Below are positions 9,037 to 20,241 of a stretch of DNA of 64,000 bases, piece after piece. Origin of the DNA: Candidatus Delongbacteria bacterium (GTDB lineage Bacteria > UBA4055); contig JAFGUZ010000169.1 in the NCBI GenBank assembly GCA_016938275.1, positions 1,734-65,733 of the forward strand, read 5' to 3'. The translations under genes and the position numbers were made by a program. The notes beneath the pieces were generated by a model. That model saw only the letters and a list, made by a program, of their open reading frames with translations, ran no database searches and had not been told where the DNA came from. How positions within the stretch are numbered: the stretch's first letter is position 1; every line of letters starts with the position of its first letter.

Positions 9037-10935
9037 TTGAAATCAGACTTTAAGAAATATACGATAGGGGAAGTTTCAAAGATGACCGGAGTGCAAATTA
9101 AAACTTTGCAAAGATGGGTAGATAAAAAGTATGAAGGTATGGCGATCACTTCATCTGAAAAAAGGGCTAAGAAAAATGCCGAAAAAAATCAGCAATTAAT
9201 AGAGATTGAAATTGACGACAAAGGGTATAGATTTTTCACAAGAAAGGATATTGAAAAAATTCTGGTAATTAATTTGTACCGAGATATTGGTATGAGTTAT
9301 GAAGATATACGATTAATTTTAAATGATGAAGTAAAGTTTAGGGATAGTTTAATTTTACATCAAAAAAGATTAAGGAAAATAATTGATCATAATGAAAAGA
9401 ATTTAAGAGATATAAAATCAATATTACGCTTTGAAAAGGATGAAGATCAATTTATTGCCATTCAAGAGTTAAGCCAACGTATATCTCCTATTACATTTGA
9501 AAATCTTGATTTGACAAAGAAAAATATTACAAAACCAGTGCTTCTAGAAAATTTTGTATGGAATGATGAGGGTGCTCTAAAATCGTGTTTGGATTTTCTT
9601 GGGATAGATATAACCAACCAATGGCTTCTTGGTCCTTCTCTATTTGTTTTAAATATTCATGAAGATGTGATCTATGACGGAATGGAAAAATGGTATGATG
9701 GATACACTGGTAGAATGGATAAATTAAAAAGAGATTTAGGAATCCATGAGATTAAAATTACAGCCAATAAAATTGATCCGTATTTTAGACAAAATCAGAA
9801 AATTGCATTTGATGAAGTAAAGGAAGCTATCAATAACAATTTCCCAGTTTATGCGTGGGAACTTGAAAACTGCGAATACTATATAATTAATGGCTATTCT
9901 GAAACAGGATATTTCTACTCAGGCCCAGATTGTCCGCCTGTCAGTGGTCCAAAACATTATGAAGACTTAGCTGATAGTAATTGGGGGTGGCTGGAAGTCC
10001 ACATAGTTCATCCAGGTTCATCGAGTTCAAATATAATTTATTTAAAAGAAGTGATTGAGATTGTACTCGATCATAGTAAAAATTTACCTTATTGGATTCA
10101 AAATGGTTTTAAATCGGGATTGGAAGCTTACGACCTGTGGATAGAAGGAATTGTTAATAATAGAGCTGACTTTAAAGGAGTTGCCTCGAATATTTCATTC
10201 TGGACAAATAGAAGAAAGCAGGCTATTAGTTTTCTAATTGAAGCCGACAATAAAACTGAAAATTTCTTTCATAAAATTTTTGTAGATTTAATAAATCTAT
10301 ACAATTTGATTTATAATGAATTTTTGCAGATGGAATATAGTTTACTCAATACAGATGAGGCTATTTACCAATTGAATGATAAGATCAAAGATGATTTAAT
10401 TTCTGGGCTTGGGAAATTAAGGAAATTGGAGGAAAGTGCGTATAGTTGTTTTGAGAAACTGCTAGTGAAGGTAAATTCTAATATATTGCCTCCATTTAAC
10501 TTTACACTTAAAAATGAAAAAAAAGACCACTACTCATTAGAGAGGTTAAATTATGATCTGTTTAATAAATACAGAATAGATTTAAACGAAAGTGAAGAGA
10601 ACTACCTGTTAAAGAGATTGAATGACACCTTTTCACATATTCTGGTTTTAACTAAAAATTCAATTTATAAAGGTTTTATAAGCGGAAAAATTAAAAAAGA
10701 TAAAATTAATAATTCAATTGCTTATGGTCATATCGACAATATATCATTCGATGAAGAGTTAAATAAAGAGGAGATCCTAAAAAATGCCATTTCTAAAATG
10801 AAGGAATTTTTTGTTAATAACGAAGCTAAGGAGATCTTTCTAGATAGTAAAATTTGTAAGCAGATTGATTTTGTTGATTTTGGATTCGAAGAATATAATA
10901 TCAGATATCGATTGAGACTGGATAATGATGCATAA
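9037..10935 (+). CDS. MerR-family HTH regulator fused to a large C-terminal domain of unknown function (about 480 aa)
   Basis: N-terminal YTIGEVSKMTGVQIKTLQRWVDK matches the MerR-type HTH, followed by a coiled-coil, then a long uncharacterised domain (…NCEYYIINGYSETGYFYSGPDCPPVSGP…WLEVHIVHPG…). Confidence 0.55.
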   Translation: MKSDFKKYTIGEVSKMTGVQIKTLQRWVDKKYEGMAITSSEKRAKKNAEKNQQLIEIEIDDKGYRFFTRKDIEKILVINLYRDIGMSYEDIRLILNDEVKFRDSLILHQKRLRKIIDHNEKNLRDIKSILRFEKDEDQFIAIQELSQRISPITFENLDLTKKNITKPVLLENFVWNDEGALKSCLDFLGIDITNQWLLGPSLFVLNIHEDVIYDGMEKWYDGYTGRMDKLKRDLGIHEIKITANKIDPYFRQNQKIAFDEVKEAINNNFPVYAWELENCEYYIINGYSETGYFYSGPDCPPVSGPKHYEDLADSNWGWLEVHIVHPGSSSSNIIYLKEVIEIVLDHSKNLPYWIQNGFKSGLEAYDLWIEGIVNNRADFKGVASNISFWTNRRKQAISFLIEADNKTENFFHKIFVDLINLYNLIYNEFLQMEYSLLNTDEAIYQLNDKIKDDLISGLGKLRKLEESAYSCFEKLLVKVNSNILPPFNFTLKNEKKDHYSLERLNYDLFNKYRIDLNESEENYLLKRLNDTFSHILVLTKNSIYKGFISGKIKKDKINNSIAYGHIDNISFDEELNKEEILKNAISKMKEFFVNNEAKEIFLDSKICKQIDFVDFGFEEYNIRYRLRLDNDA

Positions 10936-10961
10936 AATTAATGTTTAACAAATAATCAGTA

Positions 10962-11327
10962 TTAATCTATGTCTTCATAAGCCTGAGGTTTGAACCTTGG
11001 AGTACACAATGCATAGAAAACTAAGTCTTCAGAGCCTGTGTTTGTAATTCGTTGTCGACATCCGGGAGGAATAATTACAACATCTCTTGCATTAACAACC
11101 TGTGCTGTTAAATTGCCGATCTCTACAATGCCTTTCCCTTCAAGGATGATATATCTCTCGGTTGTGCCAATCAACCGATGCCATTTAGTTGTAATTCCAG
11201 GTTCGACTCTGGCCAAAGCAATCGATAATTCATCGTCTAGTTCAGAATTTGAAAGTTCTGTGATGTAACATTGTTCTTCAGTGTAGAACTCTGATTCTGG
11301 TTTATATTGAAAAATTTTTGGTTTCAT
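10962..11327 (-). CDS. Cupin domain protein
   Basis: Small beta-barrel cupin signature (HRLIGTTERYIILEGKG…VVIIPPG…ITNTG). Confidence 0.55.
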   Translation of the reverse strand: MKPKIFQYKPESEFYTEEQCYITELSNSELDDELSIALARVEPGITTKWHRLIGTTERYIILEGKGIVEIGNLTAQVVNARDVVIIPPGCRQRITNTGSEDLVFYALCTPRFKPQAYEDID

Positions 11328-11664
11328 TTTTCCTTTTCTTATATAATTTTTTATGAACTAATGTAACTTACTATAATCTTCAAAACAATCATTAACTTTT
11401 TTTTGTAATTTAGTTAAGTATTTAAAATTTCAATAACTCAGACAACTATATCACCAAATAGTGCAAAATATTTTTTTTTGATTTTGTCCTAAAATATGCA
11501 AATTAGCTAACATTAGCTGGTAAAATCTAAAGTACTTTTTATTTGAATAAAAAAGCTTTTGAAAAATGCATAAGAACAAATATATTTCATCTATTACGGA
11601 TAACAGTAAGTTGAGAAAGCTTGATTATTGATACTATTATAAAATTAAAAATGAAGGTATAAGA

Positions 11665-12099
11665 ATGGATAAATCAAGAGAGTTAACCGCAAAAATAAAG
11701 CTAGTAAACGACAAGCTTCATTTTTCAGGTAGTGTAGATTCGAACGATCCAATTTCAATTGACTATATATCACCAATTGGAGATGATTTGGGTTATACTT
11801 CGTTAGAATTATTACTTCTAAGTTTATCATCTTGCGTTGGAAGTTCAATTTTGGTGATTTTACGTAAAATGCATAAAAGCATTGCTGGATTGGAAATAAA
11901 TACTACTGGACTAAGAAATGAGAATCATCCGACATGTTTTCACACGATAAATTTAGATTTAAATCTTCGATCACCAAACACTTCATTCGAGGAATTAAAT
12001 AAAGTAATATCACTTTCTGAAGAGACATATTGTCCCGTTTGGGCTATGTTGAAAGGCAATGTAGAAATAAAGATAAATTCAGAGATTATATCATCTTAG
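11665..12099 (+). CDS. OsmC/Ohr family peroxiredoxin-like protein
   Basis: GYTSLELLLLSLSSCVG and C-terminal ETYCPVWAML carry the two conserved Cys of OsmC/Ohr. Confidence 0.7.
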   Translation: MDKSRELTAKIKLVNDKLHFSGSVDSNDPISIDYISPIGDDLGYTSLELLLLSLSSCVGSSILVILRKMHKSIAGLEINTTGLRNENHPTCFHTINLDLNLRSPNTSFEELNKVISLSEETYCPVWAMLKGNVEIKINSEIISS

Positions 12100-12130
12100 A
12101 TCTTACACAAAATGAATTTATATATGTATT

Positions 12131-13114
12131 TTACTCTTTAAACCATTCCATGACAATTTTGATGGTTTCATCCCATCCATTTTGAATGTTTCCACTAATG
12201 TCATTGAAAGAATGATCAGCATTTTCTATAAACATCAGCTTGACGTTCTTTCCCTTAGAGAGTAAGTCTAAATACGCAATATTTACAGATTCAGGAAATA
12301 CAGCTTTGTCTTGACCTCCTTGAATGAGAAGAATTTTACCATCATATTTATCTAGTTCATCGATTACAGATGTTTTTAAAAAGGATGACCATCTTAAGTA
12401 TGAATGCCCCATAAATTGCTTGTTAACATTACTAGAGTCTTTTAAAATTTCCGCCCAATTATCTAGTACGATCTTTTTTCTTGCGTCTGAATCTGGTTCA
12501 TCTCCAAAAAACTCTCCTTTTTCAGCTAGCTTGTATAAGCAATAAAGCTGAGAAATTCCTCCACCTGCAAGAATAGCTACATTAGATACAGTATTGTTCA
12601 TCTCTTTTGCAACTTTTGAAACAACTAAACCTCCTTCAGAATGCCCAGCAAGTAGTATTTTATTTTTATCAATATTTTCATTTTCTATTACATAGATCAA
12701 TACTTTTTTTATTCTCTCACACCAACTTTCTAAGCAAAATCTACTATTAAAATCATTAGAAGTCTCCTTTTGTAGAAACTCTACTCCAGGCTTTTCAATG
12801 ATCAAGAATCTTGCAAAATCTTTACTGTTTTTATACCATGAGTAATGTCCCATAGATGGAATAATTTTGTTGTTACGTAATGAAAACAATGAATTAGAAC
12901 CTGATCCTTGTATGTAAACTACGAGAGGAATATTGGATTGTTTTATATTGTTGGACATGTAAAATGTAATTGTATCGTTGTCATACATTTCATATCGAAA
13001 AAATGGCAGGTCTGCAATTTTCTCATGGTTGATATTAAATGCTAATAATGAATTAACGCAAATTATGATAATTATTATCAATAGTTTTATACTAAATTTC
13101 CCAAGCATCAACAT
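12131..13114 (-). CDS. Secreted alpha/beta hydrolase (serine hydrolase)
   Basis: Signal peptide; GHSEGG nucleophile elbow; downstream Asp and His (QGGQDKAV…ADHSF). Confidence 0.65.
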   Translation of the reverse strand: MLMLGKFSIKLLIIIIIICVNSLLAFNINHEKIADLPFFRYEMYDNDTITFYMSNNIKQSNIPLVVYIQGSGSNSLFSLRNNKIIPSMGHYSWYKNSKDFARFLIIEKPGVEFLQKETSNDFNSRFCLESWCERIKKVLIYVIENENIDKNKILLAGHSEGGLVVSKVAKEMNNTVSNVAILAGGGISQLYCLYKLAEKGEFFGDEPDSDARKKIVLDNWAEILKDSSNVNKQFMGHSYLRWSSFLKTSVIDELDKYDGKILLIQGGQDKAVFPESVNIAYLDLLSKGKNVKLMFIENADHSFNDISGNIQNGWDETIKIVMEWFKE

Positions 13115-13168
13115 ATTACTCCTATTTTTTAATTTATTCTTTTAGATCAATTTTATGATTGTAACAAC

Positions 13169-13468
13169 TCAAAACTCCACTAACCTCTGTATTCCAGTGT
13201 ATGGATGAAGTTCAATAAGATCAAAATCAATAATTCTTCTTTCTACAAGGGGTAATCTGTTAAGTAATCTTTTTGCAGAATCTTTGCAATCACATTCCAA
13301 AATAAGCACGGCTGATTTTGTTTCAGAAAAATAAATTTCTCTAAGATTTCCTTCCAGAAGTAGTTTATAAACTTCTTTAGCTTCATCTATTAGAACTATT
13401 TCATTCTCACTCCAATCTACTTGACAGATCTCTTTTTCTATAGCAAGTATTTTCAAGTGAACCTCCAA
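13169..13468 (-). CDS. Hypothetical protein (99 aa)
   Basis: ORF only; no recognisable motif. Confidence 0.3.
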   Translation of the reverse strand: MEVHLKILAIEKEICQVDWSENEIVLIDEAKEVYKLLLEGNLREIYFSETKSAVLILECDCKDSAKRLLNRLPLVERRIIDFDLIELHPYTGIQRLVEF

Positions 13469-13574
13469 AATTTATAAATTCGTAATAATCATAATATCTA
13501 TTCTATCCCTTGTTGAAGCTTCCTTTACCGTACAATCAATTTACCTCATATTGATAAACGATTAAATGATTTTA

Positions 13575-14774
13575 TTATTTAAATGCTTCAGCTAATTTAA
13601 ACATTAGAGGATCGGTTGTGATTTCATTATTAGTCATTATTGATATTGAAACATGATTTTCAATACAATGAAATAAATTTGTTTTAAATCCAAATCCTGT
13701 AAATTGTCCAGCATGTCCGATGTAGCTTGCTTCTTTACCAGGAACTAAAATCTTGATTAACCTGATACCCCTTCCATAAAAAACTTCAACACTATCATTT
13801 CTTTCGCATAGTCTTAGATTTGATAAGAGTTTTATCAATGATTCTGAATTCAAAATCTCACCAGATAATAGCTTGTTAAAAAAGTTAGTAAGCTCTGTCG
13901 GAGTGCTTGAAAAAGCACCAGCACCATGAGGTGCCGTTACATAATTTGAGCTTACTGGAATTATATAATCACCGTATAGATCAAAACTTGCAGTAATAAA
14001 ACTATTACAGTTATCGTCATCTAAATAGTATATATCGATTAAACCTACTTTTGATTTAATATTTTGTTCGAAAATCTCACTCACTGATTTTCCTGTAACT
14101 TTTCTCGCAATGATGCCAAGTAGTACATAACCAGTGTTCGAATAATGAAATGCAGAGCCTGGTGTGAACAACTTTTTATTTTGTTCTGATACAACAAGTT
14201 CAACGAGTTCCTCTTCACTCCAAATTCTAATGCCATTATTGAATTTTTTTAAAATTTCATAAGTAACAATCCCAGAAGTATGAGAGAGAAGATGATCAAT
14301 AGTAACATCTTTAAACAACTTCTCATTTGGAAACCATTTAATTATCTGATCATCTAAAGATAGTTGCTCATTTTCGATTAATGAGAATATTAAAGTAGAC
14401 ATAATCAATTTTCCACAACTAGCAGTATGAAATTGAGTAGAGGAATCAACACTAATGCTTTTCTCTGAATCAGAGAAACCTCGATAGCTATTCCAAGGGT
14501 AACTATCCTTGAAGTTGACAGAAATACCAATTCCTTCTGAATTTGTTGTGGATAGAAAATTATCAGTGATTTCATTTAGCAAATCTGATATTGAATCATT
14601 TAGAACAATCGAGCTGGGATTCAAAACTTCATTTATGTCAAGATTAGTAGTTTCTTGATGATAAAAAATTTCAGGCTCAATTACGAAAAGATCTTTATCC
14701 CCATTAATCGAATTTTTACATGAGCTTACTAGTAGCATAACTAATAAAGACAATATTAACTTGATAGTATTCAT
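13575..14774 (-). CDS. Beta-lactamase-fold serine hydrolase / PBP-like lipoprotein
   Basis: Lipoprotein signal LLVSSC; S-x-x-K (ASCGK); Y-x-N (HYSNTGY); HAG in place of KTG. Confidence 0.7.
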   Translation of the reverse strand: MNTIKLILSLLVMLLVSSCKNSINGDKDLFVIEPEIFYHQETTNLDINEVLNPSSIVLNDSISDLLNEITDNFLSTTNSEGIGISVNFKDSYPWNSYRGFSDSEKSISVDSSTQFHTASCGKLIMSTLIFSLIENEQLSLDDQIIKWFPNEKLFKDVTIDHLLSHTSGIVTYEILKKFNNGIRIWSEEELVELVVSEQNKKLFTPGSAFHYSNTGYVLLGIIARKVTGKSVSEIFEQNIKSKVGLIDIYYLDDDNCNSFITASFDLYGDYIIPVSSNYVTAPHGAGAFSSTPTELTNFFNKLLSGEILNSESLIKLLSNLRLCERNDSVEVFYGRGIRLIKILVPGKEASYIGHAGQFTGFGFKTNLFHCIENHVSISIMTNNEITTDPLMFKLAEAFK

Positions 14775-14895
14775 ATTATCCCTTTCACGATTTAAACTAT
14801 TTTAAATCAATTGTTTCGATTTTTTAGATTTAATGGATCTATTTTTATTGTCATTAACTTTAATAATATCCTCTATCACTTTCAACGAATATTAC

Positions 14896-15288
14896 TCATT
14901 TGTTTAATAATCCTGAGCACATTTCTATTAAATTACCTTCAGAATCTCTTAAATGAACGACTCTCATTCCCCAATCTGGCATATCAACTGGTATATTAAT
15001 AAAATCTACTCCTCTTGATTTCATCTTGTTATACTCATCATCAACACTGTTTACACTTAAAATTATCATAACTTTCTCTCTACAATTAATCGGCAACTCC
15101 TCCTCTGAATTTCCAACAACTGACGCCATTAAATCTGACTTAAAAATTCCAATTTCACCTCTATTTCCGTTATCAAAACTGGCATATACATCACCTAATT
15201 TACCCCAAATTACTTTCAGTCCAAGTTTTTCTGAGTAAAATTTGAAACATTCGTCAAAATCTTTCACCAATAATCTTAATACTTCCAT
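14896..15288 (-). CDS. Glyoxalase/bleomycin resistance/VOC family protein
   Basis: VOC fold pattern (DFDECFKFYSEKLGLKV…RVVHLRDSEGNLIEM). Confidence 0.6.
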   Translation of the reverse strand: MEVLRLLVKDFDECFKFYSEKLGLKVIWGKLGDVYASFDNGNRGEIGIFKSDLMASVVGNSEEELPINCREKVMIILSVNSVDDEYNKMKSRGVDFINIPVDMPDWGMRVVHLRDSEGNLIEMCSGLLNK

Positions 15289-15327
15289 AATATCTCCGTT
15301 TTTTTATTCTTATATTCTAAATATTCA

Positions 15328-16734
15328 TTATTTTACTAAATTCATAGCTCTTGTATACTCTACTTTTCCTATATAGATTTTGCAATAATATACACCACTT
15401 ACGAGATTTGAACCATCAAAAGTGAATTCATGATAACCACTATTTAACATACCATTATAAAGCTTATCAATAATCTGTCCTTTACTATTGTAGATCATCA
15501 TACTGACATCAGAATTTTCATAGATCTCAAATGAGATCTGTGTTTCTGGATTAAAAGGATTAGGATAATTTTTAAGATCTATTCCTTTTGGAATCGCTTG
15601 CTCACCAATATAAACTTCTGGAGGAAAGCATTCATAAGTTTTCCCTATAGCCGCAATATATAATCTTTGCTTTCCATCATTCCTTGCATCTCCAAATCCG
15701 ATATTAACCGTAGCTCCAGTTACTGACTCAACAATCTCTTCTTCCCACTGATTGTTCAAATATGAGTGTCTTCTAGTATCTCCGCTTTGAGCAGTTGAAT
15801 ATACATAATATTTGCCATCATCTTCCATTCCTACTTCAAGCCCATATCTGGAAAGTAGAGGTGATGTCTCGTCTTGAATATCTATCATATTCCATTGATC
15901 ATTTTCCCATGTAAACTCATATACATGTCCAAATCGACCTGCTCCGTAAACTCTGTTTTTCCCATCATTTCTAGCAGGTCCAATAGCTGTTTTTATCATC
16001 TGATTTGGTGCATTGAGTTGCATCTCAGTATATTCAGTTCCATTCCAACTGTATTCTCTTATACAATTGTTAGATTGGTGACCATCAGAGCTGTAGATTC
16101 TATTTAAACCGTCACCTCTACCATCATCAATATTTACAGCCCAGAAATCTATATTACCAGGACAAATAATTAACTCGTCCCAATCATTACCATTCCAAGT
16201 AAATTCTCTTGTGGAAGTATATCCTGCACCAACAACTCTCATTACTCCGTCATTACGTGGAATACCAACATCAGCTCCTCCAGTTACCCAATTACTTGCC
16301 CCTCCAACTTTCTCCACTTTCCATTGTTCATTTTCATAAGAGTATTCGTAAACATAGCCATCTTGAACTGCTGCATATATTCTATTGACACCATCTCCAC
16401 GTCCATCACCTACTGTAACAGTGGATATATTGCAGAAGCTTAAATTATTAGCTTTTCCACAACTTTTCATCTCCCATTCACCGTCTTCAAATGATAACTC
16501 TAAAACTTCAGCTGAACTTGTTCCACAATACAATCTTTTAATGCCATCATTTCTACCCTCACCGATGCTATAGCTATAATACCTATGAGACGTTTGACCA
16601 ATTATAATGAATTCCCATCCTGCATAAAGGCATACAACTAATAGAGATAGAATTGAAATAATCTTAACTTTTCTCGTCATAAGAACTCCCTGATTTGATA
16701 GTCGTAATCTAATATTACTACAGATATTAGTCAA
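15328..16734 (-). CDS. Secreted repeat protein (G-x-ARNDG-x-NR-x-Y repeats, FG-GAP-like) with a T9SS C-terminal domain
   Basis: Five repeats such as GDGRGDGVNRIYA, GPARNDGKNRVYG, GDARNDGKQRLYI; C-terminal LKNYPNPFNPETQISFEI…SGVYYCKIY…MNLVK. Confidence 0.7.
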   Translation of the reverse strand: MTNICSNIRLRLSNQGVLMTRKVKIISILSLLVVCLYAGWEFIIIGQTSHRYYSYSIGEGRNDGIKRLYCGTSSAEVLELSFEDGEWEMKSCGKANNLSFCNISTVTVGDGRGDGVNRIYAAVQDGYVYEYSYENEQWKVEKVGGASNWVTGGADVGIPRNDGVMRVVGAGYTSTREFTWNGNDWDELIICPGNIDFWAVNIDDGRGDGLNRIYSSDGHQSNNCIREYSWNGTEYTEMQLNAPNQMIKTAIGPARNDGKNRVYGAGRFGHVYEFTWENDQWNMIDIQDETSPLLSRYGLEVGMEDDGKYYVYSTAQSGDTRRHSYLNNQWEEEIVESVTGATVNIGFGDARNDGKQRLYIAAIGKTYECFPPEVYIGEQAIPKGIDLKNYPNPFNPETQISFEIYENSDVSMMIYNSKGQIIDKLYNGMLNSGYHEFTFDGSNLVSGVYYCKIYIGKVEYTRAMNLVK

Positions 16735-16976
16735 TACTAATTTTATTTATTTTCGAACAAAATAAACAATTAAACCTGTAGGATCTCTTGTGATTTATGT
16801 AATATCTAGGATCTATGCATACTAAGAGTATTTCAAATTTAAACTTCATAATAAAAAAGGAAAATTATATTAGAATATTAGAAATCAAATCAAAAGTAAG
16901 TATATAACTTTTTACAATAATTACAGTGTGAGTATGCGATTTACTTTGCGAATTTAGCCCATGGCCTTTATAATTG

Positions 16977-17822
16977 TTACTTGATGAAAATATTAAATAC
17001 TGTACCAAGATTTTGACCCTCACTTGTTACAGAGATATCGATTTTTAAGAGATCACATAGTTTTTTGACAACGTATAAACCGAAGCCTGAAGAGTTTTCG
17101 TCATTAGTTGGAGATGCAGATAAATTAGAAAATCTTTTGAAAATTGACTTTAAATCACTGTTAGTCATTCCTAGACCTTCATCTTTTAAAGTTATCGATG
17201 TTAGATCATCTTTTTTTGTAACGGAAATTTGTATCCTTTTTTCATTTGGACTGAATTTTATTGCATTAGAAATCAAATTTTCCATGATTGTATAAAACAT
17301 TTTTTTGTCTGTATAAATGAAGAGATTAATTTGACCAATGACTTCAATTTTTTGCTTCTTTATGCTTAATGCAGTTGAATATGTATTTATTAGTTCTAAA
17401 ATAACTTGAGATAAATTCACATACTCCATTGAAGGTGCAATTTCCATTTCATCTAATTTTAAAATTTTCATTGTAGAGCACAATTTCTTAACCAACTGAG
17501 CTGACGAAATATGAATGGAATCTATATATGCTTGATAATCATCTTTAGATAACTCTTTTTTTATTTTCAGTAAAGATGTATTAGCAGTAATGATGGAAGC
17601 TATATTTTTCAAATCATGAATAGCCATAGCAAAATCATCAAATTGAGTATTCAATTTCTTATTCAATATTTCTAAATCATTTCGTAAGGATAAAATAGTA
17701 TCTAGACTGTCTAATCTCCTTAGATAACGGCTTTTAAAAGAAAGTCTCTCTTTATTATATTTAGGCATAACTATTCCATATAAGAAAAGATGTTCAAAAT
17801 TGAGTTCAATTCTGAACATCAT
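16977..17822 (-). CDS. Cytoplasmic histidine kinase (HisKA + HATPase_c) with no sensor or transmembrane domain
   Basis: H-box AMAIHDLKN; N and G boxes (NLISNAIKFS…DEGLGM…GFGLYVVKKL). An 8-nt gap separates it from the upstream T9SS cargo gene. Confidence 0.7.
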   Translation of the reverse strand: MMFRIELNFEHLFLYGIVMPKYNKERLSFKSRYLRRLDSLDTILSLRNDLEILNKKLNTQFDDFAMAIHDLKNIASIITANTSLLKIKKELSKDDYQAYIDSIHISSAQLVKKLCSTMKILKLDEMEIAPSMEYVNLSQVILELINTYSTALSIKKQKIEVIGQINLFIYTDKKMFYTIMENLISNAIKFSPNEKRIQISVTKKDDLTSITLKDEGLGMTNSDLKSIFKRFSNLSASPTNDENSSGFGLYVVKKLCDLLKIDISVTSEGQNLGTVFNIFIK

Positions 17823-17830
17823 ATTTGATA

Positions 17831-20182
17831 TTATTTTAGATAAATCATCTTCTTTAAATAATCTTGCTTAGTTGTTTTCATTCTATAGTAATATACACCG
17901 CTACTTAAATTATCAGCTTTATAATTAATAACATGATTACCTTTTACAAAAAAACCATTGGTTATTGATTGCAGAAATTCTCCGTTTGAATTATAAAGTA
18001 AAAGTTCGACTGGAGAATCCTGAGGTATCGAAAAATTAATTATAGTTTGTGAATTAAAAGGATTTGGATAGTTTTGAGAAAGTTTTATCTCATCAGGTAT
18101 ATTTTTTTCATTATTGATACCGACTTCCTCTGGTTTAGGAATAATAATATGATCTATGAATAAAGTTCCTGAACCTCCTCTAAAGAAACCAATATAGTAA
18201 TTACCCTCTAAATCTAAATCAGTTTCAAACCTTGAGAAGAGATGATTAGGTATGAAATCAGTAATTTCGGTCCAATTTACTCCATCTTCTGAATATTTGA
18301 TTTTAAGATATGGTGACTGCCAATAATAGTTACGTGCATAAAGAGTTAGTTTATCTCCGTAAGAAATTTCAAGTTTTGGTGTGATAAGAGGAGAAGCGTC
18401 AGTTGGCAAACTTGATGACACTGCACACATTATACCTGAATATACACCACTGGCAATATCTTGCAGAAACCAGCTATTGCTATCAGTAGTCCATCCATTT
18501 GGCGGAAATCCACCAGCTTCAAAGTCTTCAAGAATATATCTATCACCTTCAACATCAATTATATCTGATTTTGCATTATTATCATTAAAAAAATCATCAG
18601 ATAGAACTGCTTCAATATTAAAGCTTTGTCGAATAACATCAGGTGTATTCCAATTAAATGTATACTCCTTAATTTCACTTGGCACAATATTGTTTATTTC
18701 AATTATCTCTACTACTTCATCATCAATTTTAATTTCCATAGCACTTCCATTACAGACTTCAAAGCCATTGTTTAAAACTTTCAATGTTATCAATAGATTA
18801 TCATTGGGCATAATCTGAATAGTTTTATCATATTCAATACTTAGAAGTTGCAAATCATTTACGTCTTGTTTAATTTCTGGTCCAATTACATGATCAAGTT
18901 TCACGACACCAAAAAAATCTTTATAGAATCCTAGGTAATATTCCCCTTGGATTGATGATAAACTAATCGAATATTTTTTAACTTCTCCATCAATCATTAT
19001 TGTCTCAAAATCATTCCAGTTTACCTTATCTTCAGAATATTGAATTATAAATGGTTGAGGTGGATCAAAGTTATTTCTACTAATGAAAGAAATAGAATCG
19101 TTTTCATCAATTGTGAGCATTGGAGTTATTATTCTTCCCTGATCATCATGGAAAGAGGTTGCCATATAGTCACCAATAAATCCGAATACAGTTATTTCTT
19201 GACTATACCAAGAATCTGGGAATATCCATACTGATTGAATATCCCAACCGTGAGGTGGAAAAAGTTCACCTTCAAATCCTTCAGCAATCTGCGTATTTGT
19301 AAAAACAGGAACTTTAATTTTTTTTAGATTATTTACAAGATTATCATCATTTATATCAATCAATGTTCCAACATTAACATAGGATGACAATTCTGAATGA
19401 GTTACTTCCCAGCTAAATTGATGTTGAAAAGATGTACCAGATGTTAAATAATCAATAGTTACACTATCAACTTTAGACTCTTCTTTGAGAAGATAAACTT
19501 TTATATTTTCAAAATTTACACTACCTAAATTCACTATATCAGTGTTTATTTGAATTGTCTCACCTTCATAGATATAGTCGAGATCCGATGAAACATAACT
19601 CATTTCTCCTACATAAAGATCGTTAGTTGATTCAAAAATTTCAGGTCCACTTACATCATCTATATGCCATATTGCATTCATATCTGGTTCTTTCAAAAAT
19701 GCTATATAAGCGAATGTGTCTAAAGAATCCAGATCAAACTCAAAGTTATTATATCCACCATTAATTACTGATATTTCACTCAACAAATTCCAATTTGATT
19801 TATCTTCAGACCACATAATTTTGAAGTTTTCTGGTTCCCAAGAATTTTGACTAATCCAAAAACTCAATACTGTGTTTTCTTCTCCAGTAAAATCTAACAT
19901 TGGAGTAACCAGATACCCCCAATTATCACCCTGGATGTAACCACAATAACTTCCAGAATGTGCTCCCCAGCCTTGTCTTACCCATCCGTCATTGAAACTT
20001 CCCGGACGAATTACTTCCCAACCCTCTGGAGGCCATGTCGTAGCTTCAAAACTTTCGTTTAGGATTGAACCTTTTTTCCCTTGTAAAATTGACACGAAAA
20101 CTAAGAGGTATATTAAAGATCTCTTAATTTCGATTACTAGTTTTGACTTTTTCATTTTATCCTCATTTAATTTGTAACTCAC
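17831..20182 (-). CDS. Large secreted protein (783 aa) with a T9SS C-terminal domain
   Basis: Signal peptide; internally repeated roughly 150-aa modules (…FWISQNSW…, …SWYSQEIT…, …SWFLQDIA…); C-terminal LSQNYPNPFNSQTIINFSI…SGVYYYRMKT…KKMIYLK. Confidence 0.7.
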   Translation of the reverse strand: MSYKLNEDKMKKSKLVIEIKRSLIYLLVFVSILQGKKGSILNESFEATTWPPEGWEVIRPGSFNDGWVRQGWGAHSGSYCGYIQGDNWGYLVTPMLDFTGEENTVLSFWISQNSWEPENFKIMWSEDKSNWNLLSEISVINGGYNNFEFDLDSLDTFAYIAFLKEPDMNAIWHIDDVSGPEIFESTNDLYVGEMSYVSSDLDYIYEGETIQINTDIVNLGSVNFENIKVYLLKEESKVDSVTIDYLTSGTSFQHQFSWEVTHSELSSYVNVGTLIDINDDNLVNNLKKIKVPVFTNTQIAEGFEGELFPPHGWDIQSVWIFPDSWYSQEITVFGFIGDYMATSFHDDQGRIITPMLTIDENDSISFISRNNFDPPQPFIIQYSEDKVNWNDFETIMIDGEVKKYSISLSSIQGEYYLGFYKDFFGVVKLDHVIGPEIKQDVNDLQLLSIEYDKTIQIMPNDNLLITLKVLNNGFEVCNGSAMEIKIDDEVVEIIEINNIVPSEIKEYTFNWNTPDVIRQSFNIEAVLSDDFFNDNNAKSDIIDVEGDRYILEDFEAGGFPPNGWTTDSNSWFLQDIASGVYSGIMCAVSSSLPTDASPLITPKLEISYGDKLTLYARNYYWQSPYLKIKYSEDGVNWTEITDFIPNHLFSRFETDLDLEGNYYIGFFRGGSGTLFIDHIIIPKPEEVGINNEKNIPDEIKLSQNYPNPFNSQTIINFSIPQDSPVELLLYNSNGEFLQSITNGFFVKGNHVINYKADNLSSGVYYYRMKTTKQDYLKKMIYLK

Positions 20183-20241
20183 GGTTACAAAAATACAAAA
20201 TTATCAAAAGAAAGCAAAATAAAAAAAATAAAATTTTGTAA

